Below are positions 1 to 8,230 of a DNA stretch of 64,000 bases, piece by piece. The DNA is taken from contig OZ242195.1 in assembly GCA_965205975.1 (NCBI GenBank), forward strand, positions 3,744,001 to 3,808,000, given 5' to 3'. The notes under the pieces are model-generated. The model was not told where the DNA came from. It searched no databases and worked only from the letters and a program-made list of their open reading frames with translations. Every line of letters begins with the position of its first letter. The first letter of the stretch is position 1. The position numbers and the translations under genes were made by a program. Source of the DNA: Candidatus Latescibacterota bacterium (lineage in GTDB: Bacteria; Latescibacterota; UBA2968).

Positions 1-2
1 TA

Positions 3-110
3 AAAATTTTGAAAGAGCAGATGAACAAAGCGATTAAAGAAGAGCGGTATGAAGATGCGGGAATAATTCGAGATGAAATTGAGCGGATAGAAGAGAAAAG
101 TGAGATGTAG
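3..110 (+). CDS. 3' end of a protein with a C-terminal UVR (UvrB/UvrC) coiled-coil motif (partial, runs off window)
   Basis: Frame +3 reads KILKEQMNKAIKEERYEDAGIIRDEIERIEEKSEM*, matching the UVR motif (A..EERYE.A..IRDEI). Confidence 0.7.
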   Translation, partial: KILKEQMNKAIKEERYEDAGIIRDEIERIEEKSEM

Positions 111-167
111 GGGCGAGGCATGCCTCGCCCGCCAATTTCCCGTAGGGGCGACCCCCTGTGGTCGCCC
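107..167 (+). repeat. Two tandem GTAG-type REP palindromes
   Basis: GTAGGGGCGAGGCATGCCTCGCCC (107-130) and GTAGGGGCGACCCCCTGTGGTCGCCC (142-167); the second recurs at 23841, 34657 (reverse) and 42303. Confidence 0.85.
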
Positions 168-193
168 GCGCTCGGGTAGGGTGGTCATCTCAT

Positions 194-958
194 TTAAACA
201 GGCAGCAACACGGTGCTATGCGCCTCGACATGACCGATGTTCTCGTCAATTTCGCCGCAGTTCATCATCCCAACAGTAATGGCGTCAATTGCTGGAATAT
301 CGAGAACGTAGTGGATGGCATCGCGTGCGGGCAAGTCGCCGCGGCCCACGACTTTCATCCCATAAACACCGATATCATTGGCATCCATCTCTTCCAGAAT
401 GGGAACGACGCGCTCGGGCGGACCATCCATATTCTTCCCGGCGTAATTGATCCGCGCCAAAACAACATCGACCCATGGGGTAATAGCTGCTTGCTCGAAG
501 GCATCGATATCGTGACAGGAAACACCATGTGCGCGAATGATGCCTTTTTGCTTTTTATTGGCGAGAACATCCATAACGCCTCGATAGGAACTGGGCCAGT
601 CTTCATCTGTCAGACAGTGCATAAGCACGATATCGATATAATCCGTATCTAACTCGCCCAAAATGCGATCCATATCGCACTCCGCCTCCTGTGCTGTTGT
701 CGCGCGGATTTTGGATGTAATCACAACCCGATCGCGATCAATATGCTCCAATGCACCTGCGAGATGGGCATGACTCCCATATTGATCGGCACTATCCCAA
801 AACGTGATACCCCGTTCAAAGCCATAGATGAGCAAATCAGTAAGTGCGCGCGTCCCCAGATCCGTCTGGTTGGAACGCCCGCCCCAGCCATTGGTACCAG
901 TACCAAAACTGAGTTGCGAGACCAGTATGCCAGTGGTGCCGAGTTCGACGGTTTTCAC
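194..958 (-). CDS. Aldo/keto reductase
   Basis: LSFGT, GITFWDSADQYG, SK and DYIDIVLMH catalytic motifs. Confidence 0.9.
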   Translation of the reverse strand: MKTVELGTTGILVSQLSFGTGTNGWGGRSNQTDLGTRALTDLLIYGFERGITFWDSADQYGSHAHLAGALEHIDRDRVVITSKIRATTAQEAECDMDRILGELDTDYIDIVLMHCLTDEDWPSSYRGVMDVLANKKQKGIIRAHGVSCHDIDAFEQAAITPWVDVVLARINYAGKNMDGPPERVVPILEEMDANDIGVYGMKVVGRGDLPARDAIHYVLDIPAIDAITVGMMNCGEIDENIGHVEAHSTVLLPV

Positions 959-1079
959 GGTAAACTCCTTTCTTTCTTCTGTATTTTTTATCCCAATTTT
1001 TCAGTATATTAAAGCACAGTTTTACATCCGTCAATGGATTTTAGCCCTCTCCCTTGAGGGAGAAAGGAATATCACCACC

Positions 1080-2120
1080 ATGAGATTGGGGCTAATTGGA
1101 TTGCCGCAGGTGGGTAAAAAAACGCTATTCCGCTTGCTAATCGGGCACACAGGTGAAATGGGACAGGCAAAAGTGCGGGATGAGCGGTTTGACCGGCTGG
1201 TGGAAATGTACAAACCCGAACGCGAAGTACCTGCGGAAATAGCATTTGTGCTATTGCCCGACCTGGACACACAGGCAGATCGCAACATATCTGTTTTTCA
1301 AGACCTCGAGCGAGTAGATGTAATCTGCTTCCTCGCCCGAGTATTTGAAAACGACACCGTCTTTCACATTGCGGGCGATATAAATCCCAAACGCGATATA
1401 CGAACTTTTTGGGAAGAATTATTGCTCGCCGACCTGATCTTTGTAGAAAAGCGACTGGAGCGAATAGCACAAGACCGGCACACAAAAGACAGGCTGCGAA
1501 TAGAGCAAGAAAAGGACTTAATGACGCGAATGCAGGCGCACCTGGAAGCCGGAAAACCCCTGCGACAATTTGCACTTACCTCCGATGAGGTAAAACTGAC
1601 ATCCAGCTATCCCTTCTTAACCACCAAAGCCGTAATCGTAGTCCTGAACACGGACGAAGATCAAATCGGCGACGATGCGATCATACATGAAATAGCCGCT
1701 GAATTTACCGACTGTGATTTTGAATGGATCGCAATATCCGCTCAAATTGAAGAAGAAATCTCCCTGCTCGACGACGAGACACGCGAAGAATTTCTCGCCG
1801 ATCTCAGTATTGAACAACCCGCACTGGATCGGTTGACCCTGTTGTGTTATGAAACTCTCGGATTGATTTCATTCTTCACAGTAGTCAACGACGAAGTACA
1901 CGCCTGGACCATCCCGAGAGGCACCCTATCACCGCAGGCGGGCGGCGCGGTCCACGGCGACATCGAACGGGGATTCATCCGGGCTGAAGTCATCCGCTAC
2001 GAAGACTTAATCGCACTGGGAGACGAGCAAAAAGTAAAAGCAGCGGGCAAGCTCATGGTCAAAGGGAAAGACGCAGAGATTTTTGATGGCGATGTAATAC
2101 ACTTCTTGTTTAAAGTTTGA
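1080..2120 (+). CDS. ychF: YchF/Ola1-family P-loop NTPase, divergent
   Basis: GLIGLPQVGK N-terminus; C-terminal TGS region (LGLISFFT..EVHAWT..HGDIERGFIRAEV..GDVIHFLF); start set at ATG 1080 after an AGAAAGGA RBS. Confidence 0.85.
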   Translation: MRLGLIGLPQVGKKTLFRLLIGHTGEMGQAKVRDERFDRLVEMYKPEREVPAEIAFVLLPDLDTQADRNISVFQDLERVDVICFLARVFENDTVFHIAGDINPKRDIRTFWEELLLADLIFVEKRLERIAQDRHTKDRLRIEQEKDLMTRMQAHLEAGKPLRQFALTSDEVKLTSSYPFLTTKAVIVVLNTDEDQIGDDAIIHEIAAEFTDCDFEWIAISAQIEEEISLLDDETREEFLADLSIEQPALDRLTLLCYETLGLISFFTVVNDEVHAWTIPRGTLSPQAGGAVHGDIERGFIRAEVIRYEDLIALGDEQKVKAAGKLMVKGKDAEIFDGDVIHFLFKV

Positions 2121-2206
2121 GATTGGCCCTGTTATTTTCCTTTACATACAGAGCCTTTTTGCATATTATTCCACGCTCTACAAACACCACAACAGGAGAT
2201 CGCATA

Positions 2207-2491
2207 ATGGCCGCCAAAATCTCGGAAATATTCACCGAATACGAAGAAGCGAACAAAGACCTGGAGCCTACGACCAGTAAGTTTGATACCGAACAAGAAA
2301 TCCCGGTAGAAAAGCATTGCTGCATCACGGGCGAAGCGGTAAAATCGAGCTTTTGTCGTTATCCCGACGAAAAAGAAGACACCATGATGGTCATGTCAAA
2401 AGAGCAGATGCTATTGCACTCCCGCAATGGTGGCAATATTTCAGAAATATTTAAACAAGTACTGGCACTTCGCAGAAAACGGGAACAGTAG
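2207..2491 (+). CDS. Small hypothetical protein (94 aa)
   Basis: AGGAG RBS before ATG 2207; fills the gap between ychF and the ABC operon. Confidence 0.65.
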   Translation: MAAKISEIFTEYEEANKDLEPTTSKFDTEQEIPVEKHCCITGEAVKSSFCRYPDEKEDTMMVMSKEQMLLHSRNGGNISEIFKQVLALRRKREQ

Positions 2492-2535
2492 GCGACCACC
2501 CATCGCGGTTTCTATCCCTCCACCCCTTTCGAGAA

Positions 2536-3420
2536 ATGCGCGTGCAAGACGGCGTCTTGAAATACGGATTTGTGGGTCCGGCACTGATCTTTCTGATCGC
2601 GTTCAACATCTTTCCCCTCTTTTACAACATCTACCTCAGCTTCACCGATGCCGAACTCAGTGGCGGTGCTACACAGCTCATAGGTGGACGCAACTATGGC
2701 ATCATCTTTGACGACACGCGCTATGGCACGGCCCTTCGCACAACCGGACTATTCGTAGTCCTGGCAGTCGCGACTGAACTCATTCTCGGCTTTGCCCTTG
2801 CCCTCGCCCTTCAAAAACCCTTCTGGGGCAAACCCGCCATCACCACCATTCTCCTGGTGCCCATGATGCTATCCCCCGCAGTCATGGGCCTGTACTGGAA
2901 CTTTATTCTCAATGGTCACTACGGCGTCGTCAATCAAGCACTATCCGTCTTTGGCCTCTTTCAACCGCAATGGCTAACCGACCCCGACTTAAAACTCTTC
3001 TCCATCCTGATGATCGACATCTGGATGTGGACACCATTTATGATGCTCATCGCACTCGCTGGTCTCAACGCCATACCCAATCACCTCTACGAAGCCGCGG
3101 CCATTGATCGAGCATCCCGTTGGACCGTCTTTCGGCGCATCACCCTTCCCCTGTGCTCACCCCTCCTCTTTCTTGCAGTCCTGCTGCGCACCACAGATGC
3201 CCTCAAACAATTTGACCTCGTCATGGCAGTCACGGGTCCCAATGATCGCGCGACCCAAACATTGAGTGCCCTCCTCTATCAGGTCATGTTTCGCGGCTAC
3301 AAAATTGGGCTGGGCAGCTCTTATAGTATCGTCATTCTTCTCATCGTCATCGCGCTCGCAAGTATCTTTATCCGATACATCGCTGGCATCCAGGCAAAAC
3401 AGGGAAGGGAAACCGCGTGA
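2536..3420 (+). CDS. Carbohydrate ABC transporter permease (MalF-like)
   Basis: Multiple TM segments; EAA loop LYEAAAIDRAS. Confidence 0.9.
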   Translation: MRVQDGVLKYGFVGPALIFLIAFNIFPLFYNIYLSFTDAELSGGATQLIGGRNYGIIFDDTRYGTALRTTGLFVVLAVATELILGFALALALQKPFWGKPAITTILLVPMMLSPAVMGLYWNFILNGHYGVVNQALSVFGLFQPQWLTDPDLKLFSILMIDIWMWTPFMMLIALAGLNAIPNHLYEAAAIDRASRWTVFRRITLPLCSPLLFLAVLLRTTDALKQFDLVMAVTGPNDRATQTLSALLYQVMFRGYKIGLGSSYSIVILLIVIALASIFIRYIAGIQAKQGRETA

Positions 3421-4280
3421 AATATTTGAGATGGCTCGTCATCATTCCGTATTTTTGTCTGGCCACACTTCCCCTGTGCTGGCTATTTCTAACCTCCCTG
3501 AAAACCCAGGAAGCGGCGATCAGTTCCACAGCCTCTCTTATACCATCCACCGCAGAAAACATCGCCCCCGGAAACCTGACCTTCTCGGCCACATTGGACG
3601 CCTATCGAAAACTGGCAACACCACATACGGGCAAAGCACACGCATTTTTTCACTACCTCTTCAACAGCGTCATCATCGGCCTGCTCAGCACCCTGACATC
3701 GGTCGTCCTCGGAACGGGTTGCGCGTATGGATTTAGCCGATTTCGCATAGCAGGTGCGCGGGACTGGCTATTCTTCATCCTTTCGACCCGCTTCCTGCCC
3801 CCGCTTGCCGTCGTAGTCCCCGTATTGATGATGTACCGCGTCTTTAACCTGCCCAATACACACCTGGGCCTTATCCTACTCTACACGGCATTTAACCTCT
3901 CGCTCGCGGTCTGGCTCATGAAGGGATTCATAGACGAAATCCCCCGGGCGTATGAAGAGGCCGCGCTCGTCGATGGATACAGCCCATTTCAAGCATTTTA
4001 CAAAATCATCTTACCCCACTCTACAACCGGCATGGCTGTTACCGCCGTCTTCTGCCTCATATCCGCCTGGAACGAATACGGCTTTGCGCTCGCGCTCAAC
4101 AACGCCGAAGCCGTCACCGTACCCGTCTATTTCGCCGGACTTCAGGGCAACATCCAGGGCATCCCCTGGCCGCAGATTGCCGCGGGCGTCCTCATTTTTG
4201 TCGTGCCAATTGCAGTCTTCACAGTACTCGTCCGCAACCATCTGCTGCGGGGCGTGACATTTGGAACGATTAAACAGTGA
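3417..4280 (+). CDS. Carbohydrate ABC transporter permease (MalG-like)
   Basis: EAA loop YEEAALVDGYS; AWNEY motif; GTGA overlap with the upstream permease. Confidence 0.9.
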   Translation: MKYLRWLVIIPYFCLATLPLCWLFLTSLKTQEAAISSTASLIPSTAENIAPGNLTFSATLDAYRKLATPHTGKAHAFFHYLFNSVIIGLLSTLTSVVLGTGCAYGFSRFRIAGARDWLFFILSTRFLPPLAVVVPVLMMYRVFNLPNTHLGLILLYTAFNLSLAVWLMKGFIDEIPRAYEEAALVDGYSPFQAFYKIILPHSTTGMAVTAVFCLISAWNEYGFALALNNAEAVTVPVYFAGLQGNIQGIPWPQIAAGVLIFVVPIAVFTVLVRNHLLRGVTFGTIKQ

Positions 4281-4283
4281 CCC

Positions 4284-5342
4284 ATGCCATTTCTCGAACT
4301 TCAAAATCTCCAAAAAACCTATCCCGACGGCACGCGGGCAGTCAGGGGTATTGACCTGCAAATTGACAAAGGGGAATTTATCGTCCTCCTGGGACCCTCG
4401 GGATGTGGAAAAACAACCACATTGCGGATGATCGCGGGACTGGAGGACCCAACCGGCGGACAGATCACACTCGACAACCAGAACGTCACACACCTGCCGC
4501 CATCTCAGCGCGACATAGGATTTGTCTTCCAGTTTTACGCCCTCTACCCGCACATGACCGTCCAAAAAAACATCGCCTTTCCACTTGAAAACATCGGCAC
4601 ATCCCCCGCAGATACCGAAGCGGCGATAGACCGCGTAGCGCACGCCCTGAGTATCGAAACATTGCTCAACCAATACCCCAGACAACTCTCAGGCGGTGAT
4701 CAACAGCGCGTCTCTCTCGCCCGTGCAATGGTGCGCACACCGGATATCTATCTCATGGACGAACCCCTGGGCACACTCGACGCAGAACATCGGTTAGAAC
4801 TCAGAGCATTTATACGCCGTCAACAACTATCACTCTCCATAACAGCTATTTACGTCACACACGACCAGGAAGAAGCCCTGAGCCTGGCGGATCGCATTGT
4901 CGTCATGGACGGCGGCAAAATCAGACAAATCGGGACCCCATCAGAAATCTACAACCATCCCGCAGACCTCTTTGTCGCGAACTTTGTCGGCAGCCCGGGC
5001 ATGAATCTATTAAGCGGACAAATTGTGCAACGCGAGAACGGACTGTCCTTTACCCGTCCGGATACAGACATGCACATCCCCATTCGCGCGAACATCGCAC
5101 CCGCGCAAGTCGTCTTCGGCATACGCCCGGAATTTATCCACCCCGTCAACCGGGGCATACCTGGCAAAGTCATCCTCAGCGAATACCTCGGCAGCCACGG
5201 TTACGTACACGTAGATACGCCAATAGGCGAACTAATCATGCGTTCAACCGACTGCTTCGCCATCGGAGAAACAATCCACCTGCACCTGAATGAAGAACAT
5301 ATTCGCCTATTCGATCCAGACACGGAAACAGCCCTCACATGA
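4284..5342 (+). CDS. Sugar ABC transporter ATP-binding protein (MalK-like)
   Basis: GPSGCGKT, LSGGDQQR, MDEP, VTHDQEEA, GSPGMN. Confidence 0.92.
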   Translation: MPFLELQNLQKTYPDGTRAVRGIDLQIDKGEFIVLLGPSGCGKTTTLRMIAGLEDPTGGQITLDNQNVTHLPPSQRDIGFVFQFYALYPHMTVQKNIAFPLENIGTSPADTEAAIDRVAHALSIETLLNQYPRQLSGGDQQRVSLARAMVRTPDIYLMDEPLGTLDAEHRLELRAFIRRQQLSLSITAIYVTHDQEEALSLADRIVVMDGGKIRQIGTPSEIYNHPADLFVANFVGSPGMNLLSGQIVQRENGLSFTRPDTDMHIPIRANIAPAQVVFGIRPEFIHPVNRGIPGKVILSEYLGSHGYVHVDTPIGELIMRSTDCFAIGETIHLHLNEEHIRLFDPDTETALT

Positions 5343-6391
5343 ATGCCCCATTTCTCAAAATCACTAACCTGTCCAAAAATTACGGCGAAACGCCAGCACT
5401 CTCGGAAATCTCACTCTCTCTTCACGCCGAAGAACTCCTCGTCGTCCTGGGACCAACAGGCGCGGGCAAAACAACGCTCTTGCGCATCATCGCGGGCCTC
5501 GAAGCAGCGAATACTGGGCGTATAACCGCCAATGGCACAGACATAACCCATCAACTACCCGCAGAACGCGATATCGCCCTCGTCTTTCAGAATTTCTCAC
5601 TCTATCCCAACAAAACCGTGCGCCAAAATCTCGCATTTCCACTACAAGCCCCCGGACGCAACCTCTCCAAAACAGAAATAGCAAACAGAATTTCCCACAC
5701 CGCCGACCTGCTTCGCATAACCCCGCTTCTATCCCGACCCGCCACGCACTTGTCCGGCGGCGAAATGCAACGCGTCGCAATCGGACGCGCCATCGTGCGC
5801 CAACCCCAACTCTTTCTCCTGGACGAACCCCTCACCAACCTGGACGCAAAATTGCGCGAAGTATTGCGCGTCGAACTCATCCGCCTCCAGCGCGACCTGC
5901 GCACACCCATGATTTACGTCACCCACGACCGGGTTGAAGCCCTCTCAATGGGCGACCGAATCGCCGTATTGTCCGAAGGGAAAATCCTGCAAATCGGCAC
6001 CCCTGAAGAAATCTACCAACAGCCCAATTCTCCGACCGTCGCCCGTCAACTCGGCTATCCCCCCATCAACACAATAGACGTCCACAAACAGCAAAACCAA
6101 TGGTTCACAGCCTCGAACCAGGCCATCATGACCGCAGATCACAACGCCCCATCAAACGCCACCCTCGGCATCCGCGCGGAAAATATTTCACCCCGTGGAG
6201 GCGAAATTCCCGCGACCATCGAAGTCATCGAAGACCTCGGCGCATCGACCATCTTGCTCGCCAACTGGGCGGGACAACCCATCCAGATCTCGATCTCCGG
6301 TGAGCAACAGTGGCATGTCGGAGATGAGATATACCCATCTATTGAACCAGACCGCATTTTGGTGTGGGAAACCATCGATGAACAGGGATAA
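5339..6391 (+). CDS. Second sugar ABC transporter ATP-binding protein
   Basis: GPTGAGKT, LSGGEMQR, LDEPLTNLDAKLR; ATGA overlap. Confidence 0.92.
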   Translation: MNAPFLKITNLSKNYGETPALSEISLSLHAEELLVVLGPTGAGKTTLLRIIAGLEAANTGRITANGTDITHQLPAERDIALVFQNFSLYPNKTVRQNLAFPLQAPGRNLSKTEIANRISHTADLLRITPLLSRPATHLSGGEMQRVAIGRAIVRQPQLFLLDEPLTNLDAKLREVLRVELIRLQRDLRTPMIYVTHDRVEALSMGDRIAVLSEGKILQIGTPEEIYQQPNSPTVARQLGYPPINTIDVHKQQNQWFTASNQAIMTADHNAPSNATLGIRAENISPRGGEIPATIEVIEDLGASTILLANWAGQPIQISISGEQQWHVGDEIYPSIEPDRILVWETIDEQG

Positions 6392-6501
6392 AAACCCGTA
6401 GATCATGAGTATCGGTTGTTTACTTTGCGACTGGGTTTGGATATATTCTATGGGTGACCATTACTGGGATGCCTCTCCCATTTTTAAGGAGGATAATCAC
6501 A

Positions 6502-6732
6502 ATGAGCAATGATATAACTACAGAAGCGACCGTCACACTGAGCATTCAGCAACTGGAAGGACTTATCCGCAAGGTGGTTCGTGAAGAACTCATAGAATTG
6601 GCAAAACAGAAACCAGAAATTTTCAACCTCGATAAGAATACTCCGCTTTATGAGGACATGGAGGATATTCTTAAAAGAAAAAAATCAGGTCAATTGAAAT
6701 TTTATACGCACGCAGAAATTTGGGATGAATGA
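6502..6732 (+). CDS. Putative antitoxin (76 aa)
   Basis: AAGGAGG RBS before ATG 6502; small protein ending THAEIWDE that overlaps the downstream RelE-like gene. Confidence 0.65.
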   Translation: MSNDITTEATVTLSIQQLEGLIRKVVREELIELAKQKPEIFNLDKNTPLYEDMEDILKRKKSGQLKFYTHAEIWDE

Positions 6733-7054
6733 ATATCAAGCGTTTTATGAAGGTCGATTCGCCCGAAACCTTTCTCGCTACTCGAACATACGCCAGCGCA
6801 TCAAGCGAAGAGTTGAGCAGATTCTCAAAAACCCCTATGATCGCACAGAACGTCTTGGGCAGGTTTCTGGAGGATTAGATTTGCGGGGTTGCCGCAGTGC
6901 TCGGGTGGATAGAAACTTCAGATTGATTTTTGTTATCTGTGAAGAATGTCGGTATATACAAGCGTGTCAGTATTGCCTTTGCGAAGGCAGAGAAGATAAA
7001 ACAATTGTTTTCTTAACGGTTGGGCCACACAATAGGGCTTATGCAATGAGATGA
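6725..7054 (+). CDS. RelE/YafQ-like toxin with a Cys-rich insertion
   Basis: Basic 109 aa; ILKNPY, LRGCRSARVDRNFRLIF and C-terminal VGPH..AY typical of the RelE superfamily. Confidence 0.75.
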   Translation: MNEYQAFYEGRFARNLSRYSNIRQRIKRRVEQILKNPYDRTERLGQVSGGLDLRGCRSARVDRNFRLIFVICEECRYIQACQYCLCEGREDKTIVFLTVGPHNRAYAMR

Positions 7055-7080
7055 ACATAGAACGGATAAAAAGCGGATCG

Positions 7081-7123
7081 AACTAAAAGAGCCGACGCGC
7101 GAACATCGGCTCTTTTAGTTTTT
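7081..7123. terminator. Intrinsic terminator hairpin
   Basis: aactaaaagagccga...tcggctcttttagtt inverted repeat plus T-run. Confidence 0.75.
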
Positions 7124-7225
7124 CATCAAAAAAAAGAGGTTCTTTCAGGCTTGCTGGAAGAACCTTCTCATTTTATACTGAGCAGTGCAAGAATGTAATC
7201 TCTATTAAACCCCAAGAGGTTCGTT

Positions 7226-8212
7226 ATGAAAAAAATACGGTTGTTCAATCTCACTCTCCTGTTGATCTCAGGTCTGTTTACAGGTTGTGGCAGTACAGGA
7301 CTCTATGTTACGGTAACACAGCCAGCGGAAATTAATCTAAAAGATTTTGATAAGATTTCGGTTGGAGAAATTAAAGGTTCGGGAAGCGGCGTCTTATCGG
7401 CACTCAGCGATCTTGTCCGGGTTGTAGGAGGTGGAGAAACCAAAGACTCAGGAAGCCATAAATTCTCCGCTGAGTTGACACAGGTCCTCTTTGAATCTAA
7501 ACGATTTGAAGTACTCGATCACGAGAGCCTGAAGACGGGTTTTGGCCAGAACAATCGTACCGGAAACATCGCCCTCATCTCTGGCACTATTTCAGAATAC
7601 AACTACAGAGAGGATTTAACCCACAAAGATGTAGAGAAAAAAGATAAAAAGACGGGTGAAGTCGATACCACGCGAACCTACTACCGTGAAGGAATTGCAA
7701 AGGTAAGTGTCAGCCTGCGTATTGTGGATTTGCGCACATCAAAAATTTTGGCAACCAGGAAGTTTGACAAATCTGAGAGCGCAAAAGAATCAAGGAAGAA
7801 TTTAAAGCCGCCCCGTATTGATCGCTCGCGTCTTTTTGAGGCGTGTCGGACGCAAATTATTCGCTCTTTTATGCGGATGATTGTGCCTTATACCGAGCGT
7901 GTGTATATCTCATTTGAAACCGACAAAAAAATACCAGAATTGGAACGTGGCTTTAGAATGGTCAAGCTGGGCAATTGGGATACCGCGCTTGACATCTTTC
8001 AAAGGGTAACCGAGACCTATCCCAATTCCCCTTTAGTCCATAAGGCATATTACAATCTTGGTCTGAGCTACATGTACACGGATCAGTTTGACCAGGCGCG
8101 AACAGCATTAGAAGAAGCCTATGCCAGAAAGTCTGAAGCAAAATATATAGATGCCATCAAAAAACTGAATGCACGCATTAAAGATACGCGTCGGTTGGAA
8201 GAGCAGATGTGA
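7226..8212 (+). CDS. Lipoprotein with a CsgG/TolB-N-like domain and C-terminal TPR
   Basis: Lipobox LFTGC; RFEVLD..L and VSLRIVDLRTSKI motifs; TPR (AYYNLGLSYMYTDQFDQA); promoter-like TTGCTG-N17-TATACT upstream. Confidence 0.75.
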   Translation: MKKIRLFNLTLLLISGLFTGCGSTGLYVTVTQPAEINLKDFDKISVGEIKGSGSGVLSALSDLVRVVGGGETKDSGSHKFSAELTQVLFESKRFEVLDHESLKTGFGQNNRTGNIALISGTISEYNYREDLTHKDVEKKDKKTGEVDTTRTYYREGIAKVSVSLRIVDLRTSKILATRKFDKSESAKESRKNLKPPRIDRSRLFEACRTQIIRSFMRMIVPYTERVYISFETDKKIPELERGFRMVKLGNWDTALDIFQRVTETYPNSPLVHKAYYNLGLSYMYTDQFDQARTALEEAYARKSEAKYIDAIKKLNARIKDTRRLEEQM

Positions 8213-8230
8213 TTTTCTTTATTCCACTAC

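Noticed and set aside
828..1079. N-terminal extension of the ychF ORF (and similar extensions of other ORF-track calls)
   Set aside because: Overlaps the divergent gene and promoter region; homology and RBS support the downstream ATG
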